Of a stretch of 59,801 nucleotides of DNA, positions 42,602-51,190 are shown piece after piece. The first letter of the stretch is position 1. Each line of letters opens with the position of its first letter. Under the pieces are notes generated by a model. It did not search any database, was not told the DNA's origin, and saw only the letters and a list, made by a program, of their open reading frames with translations. The stretch spans positions 1 to 59,801 of the IMG/VR virus record IMGVR_UViG_3300045988_116587. One strand, 5' to 3'. A program made the translations under genes and the position numbers. Source of the stretch: a virus.

Positions 42602-43055
42602 AGAGAAGTATGCAGAAGAGATTGTGGAACTTGCTTGTGACGGTGATGGTATTGCTGTTGATAAGCAATCAAAGAAGTTTGTTTCGTGTATCAGTACGCC
42701 GTGTCGTAATTGTTTGTTTTATATTTCTAATTATGGACGTTGCGATAATAAGGGAAAAAGAGAATGGGCTGAATCTGAGTACGTTAAAAAGCCAGTGATA
42801 AGCAAGACGGATAGGGCGTTTTTGGATTATCTCGATAAAAATTATGAATACATTACAAGAGATAATAATACTTGGTTATATGCGTATAGCGAGAAACCAA
42901 GCAAAGGTTATATTTTTTGGGAGATAGACAGTGGTAAGAGTGTTTGTTTTGATGGCCTTATTGACGTTGACTTTCCAATGGTCAAATGGTCAGATGAAGA
43001 ACCGTGGCTGATCGAGGATCTGAAAAAGCTGGAGGTGGTTGAAAATTATGAATAG
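42591..43055 (+). CDS. Hypothetical protein
   Basis: ATG 42591 in frame with tracked ORF 42507..43055. Confidence 0.55.
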   Translation: MKNKEKYAEEIVELACDGDGIAVDKQSKKFVSCISTPCRNCLFYISNYGRCDNKGKREWAESEYVKKPVISKTDRAFLDYLDKNYEYITRDNNTWLYAYSEKPSKGYIFWEIDSGKSVCFDGLIDVDFPMVKWSDEEPWLIEDLKKLEVVENYE

Positions 43056-43506
43056 AGAAATAATTTTCAGAGGGAAACGTGTAAATAATGGAAAGTGGGT
43101 AGAGGGATATTTGTTTGACGATGGTTATCAAGAACCTAGGCATGTTTTTGTCGGTGGCTTGATGATTGACGAATACAAGGGAACGGCTTGTGATGAATGG
43201 GATATTAATGGAATTAATTTTTGCAATGTTGATCCAGACACAATCTGCCAGTACACCGGTGAAAATGACAAGAACTGGCAGAAAATCTATGAGGGAGATA
43301 TTCTGGAAGCACACCTTGATGATTCCTTTCCTGAGAATGTTACGAGAGTGCGTGTTACTTGGGAAAACATGAAGTGGTGTCTGGTACAGAAAGGGATGAT
43401 TCCAGACCCATTCGAAACAGGAGAAGGGAAAGACTGGGAAGTGATCGGGAATATCTTCGACAACCCAGAATTGATAGGAGAGACAAAAGATGGCGAAAGC
43501 AGATAA
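43048..43506 (+). CDS. YopX-family protein
   Basis: MNREIIFRGKRVNNGKWVEGYL...ICQYTGENDKNWQKIYEGDIL...GNIFDNPELI, a classic YopX pattern. Confidence 0.75.
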   Translation: MNREIIFRGKRVNNGKWVEGYLFDDGYQEPRHVFVGGLMIDEYKGTACDEWDINGINFCNVDPDTICQYTGENDKNWQKIYEGDILEAHLDDSFPENVTRVRVTWENMKWCLVQKGMIPDPFETGEGKDWEVIGNIFDNPELIGETKDGESR

Positions 43507-44017
43507 AGAATACACTTGGAGAATGCAGGGAATGACACATGCACTGGAAGTTGTCCGCGAAAACGGCATTGAAGCACTTGCTAAAGAGGTCAAAATGCGC
43601 GGATTTACAAGGGTACCGCTTGGAGTCCCGGACAGCGAGTGGAGACGTTTTGTCGATGTAATCTCCACAAACTTGTATAACATGACAATCACAACAGCAG
43701 CAATGGCACTGCATGATGGTTTCGGATTCGGCAAGGATAGGTTGAGAAAATGGAAGTCTATTTTTGACAAGAAAGTAGAACATGCTATGAACATTGACTG
43801 GCTTGGTGAACACTATGTGAGTTTTGAGGATTACGCAAACTATCTGAATGAGTTGTATGACGTTGGTATAGACATTAATGTCCTTGCCAGAGTGCAAAAG
43901 ACGAACGATGCACTTATTCCTGGATACAGACAGGCAAGTGTGGACAGAATACTAGAAATTCTCAAAGATGGCGGTTTTAACGAAGCTGCGGAATATCTGG
44001 ACAAAAAGGTAAGATAG
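43490..44017 (+). CDS. Hypothetical protein
   Basis: Tracked 175-aa ORF. Confidence 0.6.
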   Translation: MAKADKEYTWRMQGMTHALEVVRENGIEALAKEVKMRGFTRVPLGVPDSEWRRFVDVISTNLYNMTITTAAMALHDGFGFGKDRLRKWKSIFDKKVEHAMNIDWLGEHYVSFEDYANYLNELYDVGIDINVLARVQKTNDALIPGYRQASVDRILEILKDGGFNEAAEYLDKKVR

Positions 44018-44059
44018 CCAAGTGTCAGCCTTGGTAAATGCTGACGAAAGGCAGGGAAT

Positions 44060-44395
44060 ATGAGAACACGTTTTTATAATCTTTGCAAAGGAGAAATCGA
44101 TTTTTTAATCGAAAATTGTAATTTTACCGATGATGAACGCATATTAATAGAAATGGCAAGCAAAAGAAAAAGCGACATTGAAATTGCTGACAGACTCAGT
44201 ATAAGCACTTCTTTAGTGACAAAACGAAAGAAAAAGATAATGGACAAAATTCTTGAGTTTCTGAAAGGAGATGTTTGTTTGACAACTATTTACGTGAACG
44301 GCCAACGTGTCGACAAGAAAGATCTTGAAAAAATGGAAATTCACATTGAAAGTGTAAAAAAGATTCTTTCTGAGAAATTGACAAAAAATAAATAG
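44060..44395 (+). CDS. Sigma region-4/LuxR-like HTH protein, candidate late-gene regulator
   Basis: 111-aa ORF. ERILIEMASKRKSDIEIADRLSISTSLVTKRKKKIMDKI. Last gene of the early block. Confidence 0.5.
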   Translation: MRTRFYNLCKGEIDFLIENCNFTDDERILIEMASKRKSDIEIADRLSISTSLVTKRKKKIMDKILEFLKGDVCLTTIYVNGQRVDKKDLEKMEIHIESVKKILSEKLTKNK

Positions 44396-44405
44396 CAGTG
44401 TAGGA

Positions 44406-44434
44406 TTGACCTGAATAGAGTTCAGGTCAATTTT
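44406..44434 (+). terminator. Intrinsic terminator
   Basis: 10-bp stem TTGACCTGAA / TTCAGGTCAA with 5-nt loop, followed by TTTT. Confidence 0.75.
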
Positions 44435-44452
44435 ATTAAAGGGGGAATTGAC

Positions 44453-45796
44453 ATGAACAAATTGAACGTAGGATACCTGCGGGTGTCGACTGAGGCACAG
44501 ACAGAGAAATATGGTCTTGACTTACAGAAACAGAAGATTATAGAACGAGCAAATAAGGATGGGACCACCATTGATCGTTGGTATATCGATGGTGGCTATT
44601 CTGGAAGCAAGCTTGACCGCCCGGACATTCAAAGACTTCTGGAAGATGTAGAATTCGGGATCGTAAAATCTGTATATGTGTACAAACTTGATCGAATGAG
44701 CCGAGATACGATTGATGCTCTTACTTTGCTTTGCCGAACTTTGCCAAAATATGGTGTCAAATTAATATCTGCCACCGAAGAACTTCGAATAGATACACCG
44801 TCAGATAAATTCCTTACAAGTGTAACAGCTGTTGTTGGACAGTACGAACGGGAACTTATCTATATGAGAACCAGAGCCGGGATGGTTGAAAGAGTCAAAA
44901 AAGGGCTCTGGATGGGTGGGGGACGAATTCCTTACGGATATTATTATGACCGCAACGATGGGATACTGCATGTTAAAAGCGGAGAATCAGAGAAAGTAAT
45001 AGAAGCATATGAATTGTATCTGAAAGGTTATTCTTGTCAAAGGATTTCTGATTTACTCGACTTTTCATGTGATAAACATGTAAAAAATATTTTAACAAGC
45101 AAGGTATATTTAGGCTACATATTCTATAAAGGAAAATATTACAAAGGATTACACGAACCAATTGTTTCTGAAAAAATGTTTAACTCTGTTCATATTTTCA
45201 TGAAGAAAAGAAGCTCGAATGCATATATAGGAAACAAATTTATGCTTTCCGGATTATGCTACTGTGGAAAATGCGGGGCAAGAATGAGATACAAAAAGTG
45301 GGGAAACTGTCATATCATGGAATGCTATTCAAGAGATGGCGGAAAACAACGCATGGTTCGAGATCCGAACTGTAAAAATTTACGCATGGACGCAAAAATG
45401 ATCGAGCAAGAAGTTTCTGATTGTTTCCGGCGATTCATTGTGAATGTGAAGGCTGAAGAGAAAAAAGAAAATCAAAAATCCATTATTGAAAAGAAAATCA
45501 AAAAATCAATTGATAAGTTGAAAAAATTATACGACCTGTATGGGGAAGGTGACAGTGATACATTACTTTCTGTTATACAGGAAGAGGAAAAAAGACAGAA
45601 ATCATTAAAAACGGAATTAGAGGAATCTGTCAGAGAGGAATCCGTAGATAGCAGCGTGAAAATAGAAAACATTCAAAGGGTTTCGACTATCTGGGATACT
45701 TTAACACCCAAAGAACAGAACAAAATTCTAAAAGAATGTGTGGAAAAAGTAGTCATAACTGATGGTGACATCGACATTCATTTTAATATTTCTTAA
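44453..45796 (+). CDS. Large serine recombinase (integrase)
   Basis: 447-aa ORF. N-terminal resolvase catalytic domain YLRVSTEAQ...KLDRMSRD, recombinase domain, zinc ribbon CYCGKCGARM, coiled-coil C-terminus. Confidence 0.9.
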   Translation: MNKLNVGYLRVSTEAQTEKYGLDLQKQKIIERANKDGTTIDRWYIDGGYSGSKLDRPDIQRLLEDVEFGIVKSVYVYKLDRMSRDTIDALTLLCRTLPKYGVKLISATEELRIDTPSDKFLTSVTAVVGQYERELIYMRTRAGMVERVKKGLWMGGGRIPYGYYYDRNDGILHVKSGESEKVIEAYELYLKGYSCQRISDLLDFSCDKHVKNILTSKVYLGYIFYKGKYYKGLHEPIVSEKMFNSVHIFMKKRSSNAYIGNKFMLSGLCYCGKCGARMRYKKWGNCHIMECYSRDGGKQRMVRDPNCKNLRMDAKMIEQEVSDCFRRFIVNVKAEEKKENQKSIIEKKIKKSIDKLKKLYDLYGEGDSDTLLSVIQEEEKRQKSLKTELEESVREESVDSSVKIENIQRVSTIWDTLTPKEQNKILKECVEKVVITDGDIDIHFNIS

Positions 45797-45804
45797 TTTT
45801 TTCT

Positions 45805-45838
45805 CCTTACGAACTTCATCCCGATGAACGCAGTAAGG
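45805..45838. other. Candidate attP core: imperfect 16-nt inverted arms around central CC
   Basis: CCTTACGAACTTCATC-cc-GATGAACGCAGTAAGG. Arms match at 12 of 16 positions. Starts 9 nt after the integrase stop. Confidence 0.4.
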
Positions 45839-45907
45839 GGAAAACACAACATATTGGCCAGAGCTCTATTCAAATAACAATATATTGTGAAAATATTACT
45901 ATTTGCT

Positions 45908-45929
45908 GACGGTTTGACCGTCTTTTTTT
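45908..45929 (+). terminator. Intrinsic terminator
   Basis: Stem GACGG-TTTGA-CCGTC followed by T7. Confidence 0.7.
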
Positions 45930-45962
45930 ATGCGAAAATTCAACCATAAGGAGGCGGTCGAA

Positions 45963-46139
45963 ATGTTTTCAGATGCTTTATTAACAAAGATATTTTCCGA
46001 TGATCGTCTCAGGCATGTGCCACTTGAATATCAGTCAACAGTTATTCATGTAGTGGAAGATGCCCTTGAAAAACGGTTCTATACGGAAAAACCATACGCT
46101 GAAAAAGAGGAAATTCTAAAAGAGTTATGTGAAAGGTAG
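45963..46139 (+). CDS. Hypothetical 58-aa protein
   Basis: ATG 45963 is 8 nt after AAGGAGG. In frame with tracked ORF 45930..46139. Confidence 0.5.
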   Translation: MFSDALLTKIFSDDRLRHVPLEYQSTVIHVVEDALEKRFYTEKPYAEKEEILKELCER

Positions 46140-46149
46140 GTAGATACCT

Positions 46150-46659
46150 ATGTATGAAAATCCATATTTGCAGAATCCATACCTGCAACAACGGTTTTAC
46201 CAACAGCCGCAGCAGTATCAACAGATGCAACAGCTTCAGCAACCGACTCAGCAAATCCAGCAGCCACAGTTTCAGTCACAGCAATTACCGCAGTTGATTG
46301 GTCGGCCGGTAAACCAAGTAGAAGAAATAACAGCAAACGATGTCCCGATGAATGCTCCGTATGCACTTTTTCCGAAATCAGACCTTTCGGAAATCTATCT
46401 GAAATCCTGGACAGCAAACGGAACGATTCAAACCATAGCCTTTAAACCTGTTCAAATGAATCAGGCTGACAATTCCTTACGCAATCAGTCAGAATTGAAA
46501 ATAGGGCTAACTGAGGACGTCACACAGGCACTTATGAGCCAGTTTGAAGAACTGAAAAACAAGATAGATCGGTTGGAACAGTCAATGTCTGGAAGCTCCG
46601 GTACTGTGAGAACAAAATCAAAAGCTTCCACAGTTAAAAAGGATGGTGAAAGTGAATGA
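46150..46659 (+). CDS. Protein with Q/P/Y-rich N-terminus and coiled-coil C-terminus
   Basis: 169-aa ORF. MYENPYLQNPYLQQRFYQQPQQYQQMQQLQQPTQQIQQPQFQSQQLPQ... Confidence 0.65.
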   Translation: MYENPYLQNPYLQQRFYQQPQQYQQMQQLQQPTQQIQQPQFQSQQLPQLIGRPVNQVEEITANDVPMNAPYALFPKSDLSEIYLKSWTANGTIQTIAFKPVQMNQADNSLRNQSELKIGLTEDVTQALMSQFEELKNKIDRLEQSMSGSSGTVRTKSKASTVKKDGESE

Positions 46660-46889
46660 ATCCGATGAATTTTTTCCAAATGCTTAAAGGTGGAAATCCG
46701 CAGCAGTTTTTAAAACAAATGATGGGAAACAACCAGATCATGAGCAATCCTATGGCACAGAACGCAATCAGCATGGCTCAGAAAGGTGACATGAAGGGGA
46801 TAGAAACACTGGCAAGAAATCTGGGGAAAGAAAAGGGGATAAACCCTGACGATCTTATGAATGAGATTAAAAAGAAAATGAATATGTAG
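46656..46889 (+). CDS. Met/Asn/Gln-rich 77-aa protein
   Basis: Tracked ORF coupled to the upstream gene (ATGA). NP.Q/M-rich repeats. Confidence 0.55.
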   Translation: MNPMNFFQMLKGGNPQQFLKQMMGNNQIMSNPMAQNAISMAQKGDMKGIETLARNLGKEKGINPDDLMNEIKKKMNM

Positions 46890-46958
46890 CATATTAGAGG
46901 TTGTGCACAAAAACGAAGTACCTCTTTATGAATAAAATTTTCCAAGGAGGAATAAGGT

Positions 46959-47747
46959 ATGTTTAATTCAAACAATGCGCCTTTTACAATGCCTGTAATG
47001 CCGGCAACCGGTTATTCCGACAGTAATGGAGCATGGGGAGACGGTGGATGGTTATGGATCATCGTAGTTTTCGCATTGCTTTTTGGATGGGGTAACAATG
47101 GCTGGGGCGGCTTTGGTAGTGGAAATGGTAGTGGATACGTCGCTACAGCTGCTACACAGGCGGACATTCAGCGCGGATTTGATAATCAGGCGGTTATCAG
47201 CAAGCTGGATGGCATTAACAACGGGCTGTGTGATGGATTCTACACTCAGAACACTGCTATCATGAATGGTTTCCATGGCGTAGACAATGCAATTTGCAAT
47301 CTGGGATACCAGACACAGCAGGGGTTCAACAATACAAATGTTGCCCTTATGCAGGGACAGAATGCATTGCAGGCACAGTTAGCTGATTGTTGCTGCCAGA
47401 ACCGTGAAGCAATCGCTCAGGTCAGATACGACATGGCTCATGACACATGTGCCCTGCAGAACACAATGAACACTAACACACGCGATATCATTGAAAGTCA
47501 GAACGCAGGAACCCGTGCAATCCTTGACTATCTCTGCCAGGAAAAAATCTCTACTCTGCAGGCTGAGAACAACGACCTCAGACGTGCTGCTTCTCAGGAT
47601 CGTCAGAGCGCACTGCTCACAACTCAGATGGCTGCTCAGGCACAGCAGATCATCAACGCTGTGAACCCTGCTCCTATTCCGTCATATCAAGTTCCTAACC
47701 CGAATGCATATTACGGATGCGGATGTGGCAGCGGTTGTGGATGCTGA
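46959..47747 (+). CDS. Gly/Trp-rich membrane-anchored, Q/N-rich protein with Cys-rich C-terminus (GCGCGSGCGC)
   Basis: 262-aa ORF. WGDGGWLWIIVVFALLFGWGNNGWGGFGSGNGSG hydrophobic segment, internal CCC, C-terminal YYGCGCGSGCGC. Confidence 0.65.
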   Translation: MFNSNNAPFTMPVMPATGYSDSNGAWGDGGWLWIIVVFALLFGWGNNGWGGFGSGNGSGYVATAATQADIQRGFDNQAVISKLDGINNGLCDGFYTQNTAIMNGFHGVDNAICNLGYQTQQGFNNTNVALMQGQNALQAQLADCCCQNREAIAQVRYDMAHDTCALQNTMNTNTRDIIESQNAGTRAILDYLCQEKISTLQAENNDLRRAASQDRQSALLTTQMAAQAQQIINAVNPAPIPSYQVPNPNAYYGCGCGSGCGC

Positions 47748-47811
47748 CAAATGAATAACTTGTAACTTAACCAATTTGTGGTTATGTCTGCTATAAGCAG
47801 TTTTACAACAA

Positions 47812-47846
47812 AAGGGCAGACTTAACGGTTTGCCCTTACTTTTATT
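47812..47846 (+). terminator. Intrinsic terminator-like hairpin
   Basis: Stem AAGGGCA / TGCCCTT followed by a T-rich stretch. Confidence 0.5.
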
Positions 47847-47862
47847 TATGGAGGTATGATTT

Positions 47863-48285
47863 ATGGCTGAATTTGTAGCTGTTTCTGCACAGGAAGTTGC
47901 AGCAAACGGAAATGTTATTTTTACCAATACAGTAGCATCAGGTAGTAACTGTATAAAACACCGGGAGGGATCCGGTATTGTTACTCTTCGCGGATTAACA
48001 AACCAGTGTCGCGCAAGATACTTTGTTGACTTTTCTGGCAATATTTCTATTCCAACTGGTGGTACGGTCGGTGCGATCTCTCTGACAATCGCGATCAGTG
48101 GTGAACCGGTGCTTTCTTCTCAGATGATAAGCACACCGGCAGCTGTTGACCAGTACAACAACGTGTCTTCCGGCGTCTATATCGATGTGCAAGCTGGATG
48201 TTGTGTAAATATTGCAGTAAAGAACAACAGTACTCAGGCAATCAACGTAGCGAACGCAAACATCGTTGTTACAAGAGAAGCGTAA
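47863..48285 (+). CDS. BclA C-terminal-domain-like (TNF/C1q-like jelly-roll) protein without collagen repeats
   Basis: 140-aa ORF with an alternating beta-strand pattern (VIFTNTV...IVTLRG...YFVDFSGNISI...ISLTIAISGEPV...VYIDVQAGCCVNIAV...ANIVVTR) reminiscent of BclA-C. Recognised from memory only. Confidence 0.45.
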   Translation: MAEFVAVSAQEVAANGNVIFTNTVASGSNCIKHREGSGIVTLRGLTNQCRARYFVDFSGNISIPTGGTVGAISLTIAISGEPVLSSQMISTPAAVDQYNNVSSGVYIDVQAGCCVNIAVKNNSTQAINVANANIVVTREA

Positions 48286-48298
48286 GGAGGGAATTTCA

Positions 48299-48913
48299 AT
48301 GGATGTAAAGAGAATGCATGATATGATTGAGAAGCTTTCCGAATGTGCAAAAGCCGAACTGGATAAGGGAATAGAAAAACTGGATGTGTGTGAATTTGGT
48401 CAGGTAACTGATATGCTCAAAGATTTAGCGGAAGCGATGTATTACAGGACTCTAACGAACACCATGGAAGAATTCGATCCGGAATCCGTGCTGGATGTCA
48501 TGGACAGATACGGTGACCGCCGTTTCTACGACAATTACCGGTATTCCAACGGCAGATTTGCTCCGAAAGGTCGAGGAACCCGGAGGGGATACGAAGATTA
48601 CCCGCCATACTGGCATATGACCCCGGAGATGTACCGGATGGATGGTAAAGAATACAATCCTGACCGCGATATTGACCGAAATAAAGGCAGAATGTATTAC
48701 ACCGAAGAGAAACCCGAACGGAAGTACAACATGGCGAGAAGAGCCTATACGGAAGCCAGAGAGGGACATAAAGACAAAGATACCAGAATGCACGAATTGG
48801 AATCTTACATGTCCGAACTGAGTAAGGATGTTACGGATCTTATCGGTGAGATGTCCAACGAAGAAAGAACGCTTGCAAAAGCGAAATTGAGTACATTAAT
48901 CAGCAAAATGTAA
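48299..48913 (+). CDS. Hypothetical R/Y/D-rich protein
   Basis: ATG 48299 follows AAGGAGGG. In frame with tracked ORF 48266..48913. Confidence 0.6.
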   Translation: MDVKRMHDMIEKLSECAKAELDKGIEKLDVCEFGQVTDMLKDLAEAMYYRTLTNTMEEFDPESVLDVMDRYGDRRFYDNYRYSNGRFAPKGRGTRRGYEDYPPYWHMTPEMYRMDGKEYNPDRDIDRNKGRMYYTEEKPERKYNMARRAYTEAREGHKDKDTRMHELESYMSELSKDVTDLIGEMSNEERTLAKAKLSTLISKM

Positions 48914-48950
48914 AGGGGAGGGAACTTCGGTTCCCTCTTTTGGTGACTAT

Positions 48951-49277
48951 ATGGAATTTAAAATCAGAAACGAATCTTGGGTGATTCAATTTGTTCCGGC
49001 ACAATCTCCAGAACTTCAAAAATCAGACGGTTCCTATACCATAGGAGTTACTGACCAATCAAACAATACAGTGTATCTCGCTGACCATTTAACAGGTCCC
49101 ATGCTGGATCGTGTCCTTTGCCACGAACTAACCCATGCGGTCTGTATGACATACAATCTGTATATGCCAATTGAAACAGAAGAAAAACTATGTAATTTTA
49201 TGTCTGACCACGGAAAAGAAATTATATATCTTTTGGACGATCTGCTTGAGAATATATTAATTTTGCGTGTTGCTTAG
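48951..49277 (+). CDS. Small HExxH zinc-metallopeptidase-like protein
   Basis: 108-aa ORF. LCHELTHAV motif preceded by a beta-rich region. Confidence 0.6.
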   Translation: MEFKIRNESWVIQFVPAQSPELQKSDGSYTIGVTDQSNNTVYLADHLTGPMLDRVLCHELTHAVCMTYNLYMPIETEEKLCNFMSDHGKEIIYLLDDLLENILILRVA

Positions 49278-49298
49278 AAAGTTGCTGTATGGTATAAT
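49270..49298 (+). promoter_or_regulatory. Promoter TTGCTT -17- TGgTATAAT (extended -10)
   Basis: -35 at 49270-49275, TG at 49290-49291, -10 at 49293-49298. Confidence 0.6.
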
Positions 49299-49365
49299 TA
49301 CCTCAGTGACGAGAAATGCATGAAGGACGAGTGAGATCTGGATTGAAAAGGATCAGGCATCGTCA

Positions 49366-49421
49366 GCCTGAGTATATCAGAAATTTTAGCAAAATTTTTT
49401 CTGGTATGCTCAGGCTTTTTT
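49366..49421 (+). terminator. Long hairpin terminator about 70-125 nt downstream of the 49270 promoter
   Basis: GCCTGAG-ta-TATCAG...CTGGTA-tg-CTCAGGC with inner AAATTTT/AAAATTT stem, followed by T6 (49416-49421). Confidence 0.65.
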
Positions 49422-49504
49422 ATTTCCTCGTTTTTTCAGTGAAGATACTGAATACAGAAAACGGAATATCGATCAGTTATGCGGCTGATTACTATTTGAA
49501 CGGA

Positions 49505-49534
49505 ACAGGGTTTGTTTTACAGACCCTGTTATTT
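49505..49534 (+). terminator. Second hairpin with T-rich tail upstream of the BRO gene
   Basis: Stem ACAGGGT / ACCCTGT followed by TATTTCTG. Confidence 0.4.
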
Positions 49535-49564
49535 CTGTATAAAACGGGAAAATAGGAGGGCAAC

Positions 49565-50272
49565 ATGGAACAGATAAAGATTTTTAATTCAGACGAATTT
49601 GGAAGTGTTCGAACAATAATCATTGATGGATAACCTTGGTTTGCCGGAAAGGATGTGGCAGCATCATTAGGATATAAAGATACATCTGATGCTTTGAAAA
49701 AGCATGTTGCGGAGGAGGACAAGCTGACTCGGTGTTTTACCGACTCAGGTCAGAACAGGCAAATGTATGTTATTAATGAATCTGGCTTATATTCTTTGAT
49801 TTTCGGAAGTAAATTAGAATCCGCACAAAAGTTTAAACACTGGGTAACATCCGAAATTCTTCCATCGATCAGGAAGAACGGAATTTATGCAACGGATAAG
49901 GTGATCGATGATATTTTAAACAATCCAGATTTTGGAATTGAGCTTCTGACGAAATTAAAAGAAGAACGTGCTGCAAGGGTGGAAGCTGAAAAAACAAATG
50001 CCATCCTTATGCATGTGAATAAAACATATACCATGACTGAAATTGCAAAAGAAATAGGATTAAAAAGTGCTGTAGAACTGAACAAGATCCTCTCCGAAAA
50101 GAAAATCCAGTATAAAGTAAACGGTACATGGGTTATGTATTCCGACTATAGCAACTGCGGATACGAGGAAATAAAACAAGAGGTTCTTGATAACGGCCAT
50201 GTAATCTACCATCGGAAAATTACACAACTTGGAAGAAAATTTATTTTAGGCTTATTTGATATGGCGGCATAA
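49565..50272 (+). CDS. BRO-N / antirepressor-C protein interrupted by an in-frame TAA at codon 23 (tracked part 49655..50272)
   Basis: MEQIKIFNSDEFGSVRTIIIDG-TAA-PWFAGKDVAASLGYKDTSDALKKHV... is a canonical BRO-N domain. TAA at 49631-49633 replaces the usual Glu of DGEPWF and is in the same frame as the tracked ORF. Confidence 0.65.
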
Positions 50273-50307
50273 AGGCACTTTCTGGTGTCTTTTTTATTTG
50301 CTGTCTC

Positions 50308-50336
50308 TTGTAGTACAATATTTCGCATGGTATAAT
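50308..50336 (+). promoter_or_regulatory. Promoter TTGTAG -17- TGgTATAAT
   Basis: -35 at 50308-50313, -10 at 50331-50336 with TG at 50328-50329. Confidence 0.55.
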
Positions 50337-50369
50337 ATGGCAAACACATTTCAAAAAGGGGGATTGAAA

Positions 50370-51185
50370 ATGAAATGTCCATATTGTAACACGGATAATC
50401 CAGACGGGCAGAAGTTCTGTGGAAACTGCGGAAAACCGATAATGGATTCACAACCACAACAGAACAGCTGGATTGATGACAGGCAACAGGTACAAAGGAT
50501 GCCTAAATTTTACGAACTAACTTGGGTGATTATCCTTGCGTGTATTTTTATACCGCCGTTGGGAATTGCTTTTCTCTGGATGAGCAGCCGACCGAAGAAT
50601 ACCGCAGGAAGAGTATTTTTAACGATTTTCATGGTATTTTATTCTCTGATATGGATTGTTAGTGTGATTCCGTCAACCGATTCCGACAAAAAGTCAGAAA
50701 CTGAAACGGTTGTTGTAGAATCTGAAAAGAAAGACGATTCAGAGCCAGAGAAAACAGAAGAAACAGAGGAAACAGAAGAGCAGGAAGAGGACGAAACTCT
50801 GACTGTAGGCTCCAGCTTTGAAAGCGGTGGACTGAAAATTACCATTGACGATGCAAACTTGGATTTTCAAGACTATGAAGATGATTATGGATGGAATACA
50901 CCATCTGACGGCATGAAGTACATAATGGCAGCGTTTACATTCGAAAATACTGGAAATGATGATGAATACGTTAGTTTGTATGACTTTGATTGCTATGCGG
51001 ATGATGTAGAATGTGATCAAGAATTCAGTCTTGATGATGATGATTTTATTAACACTAACCTGTCTTCTGGAAGAAAGGTTTCTTTCAAATCATATTTTGA
51101 GGTTCCGCAGGATGCAGAATCAATCGAGTTGGAATACGAAACAAACTTGTGGACAAGCGATAAAGTAATTATCAAATTACAGTAA
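50370..51185 (+). CDS. Zinc-ribbon / TM / acidic linker / DUF4352-like membrane protein
   Basis: ATG 50370 follows GGGGGA. CPYCNTDNPDGQKFCGNCG, two TM segments, E/T-rich linker, C-terminal beta domain (YIMAAFTFENTG...FEVPQDAESIELEY). Confidence 0.7.
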   Translation: MKCPYCNTDNPDGQKFCGNCGKPIMDSQPQQNSWIDDRQQVQRMPKFYELTWVIILACIFIPPLGIAFLWMSSRPKNTAGRVFLTIFMVFYSLIWIVSVIPSTDSDKKSETETVVVESEKKDDSEPEKTEETEETEEQEEDETLTVGSSFESGGLKITIDDANLDFQDYEDDYGWNTPSDGMKYIMAAFTFENTGNDDEYVSLYDFDCYADDVECDQEFSLDDDDFINTNLSSGRKVSFKSYFEVPQDAESIELEYETNLWTSDKVIIKLQ

Positions 51186-51190
51186 AAATA

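Noticed and set aside
44453-45796. Serine recombinase as an invertase controlling tail-fibre switching (shufflon-like)
   Set aside because: Its size (447 aa) and its zinc-ribbon and coiled-coil C-terminus indicate a large serine integrase. I saw no inverted repeats flanking the fibre genes, which lie 20 kb away.
49316-49555. 79-aa ORF downstream of the 49270 promoter
   Set aside because: It has no SD, runs through two terminator hairpins, and has hydrophobic or basic junk composition. The region is better explained as a structured leader or sRNA.
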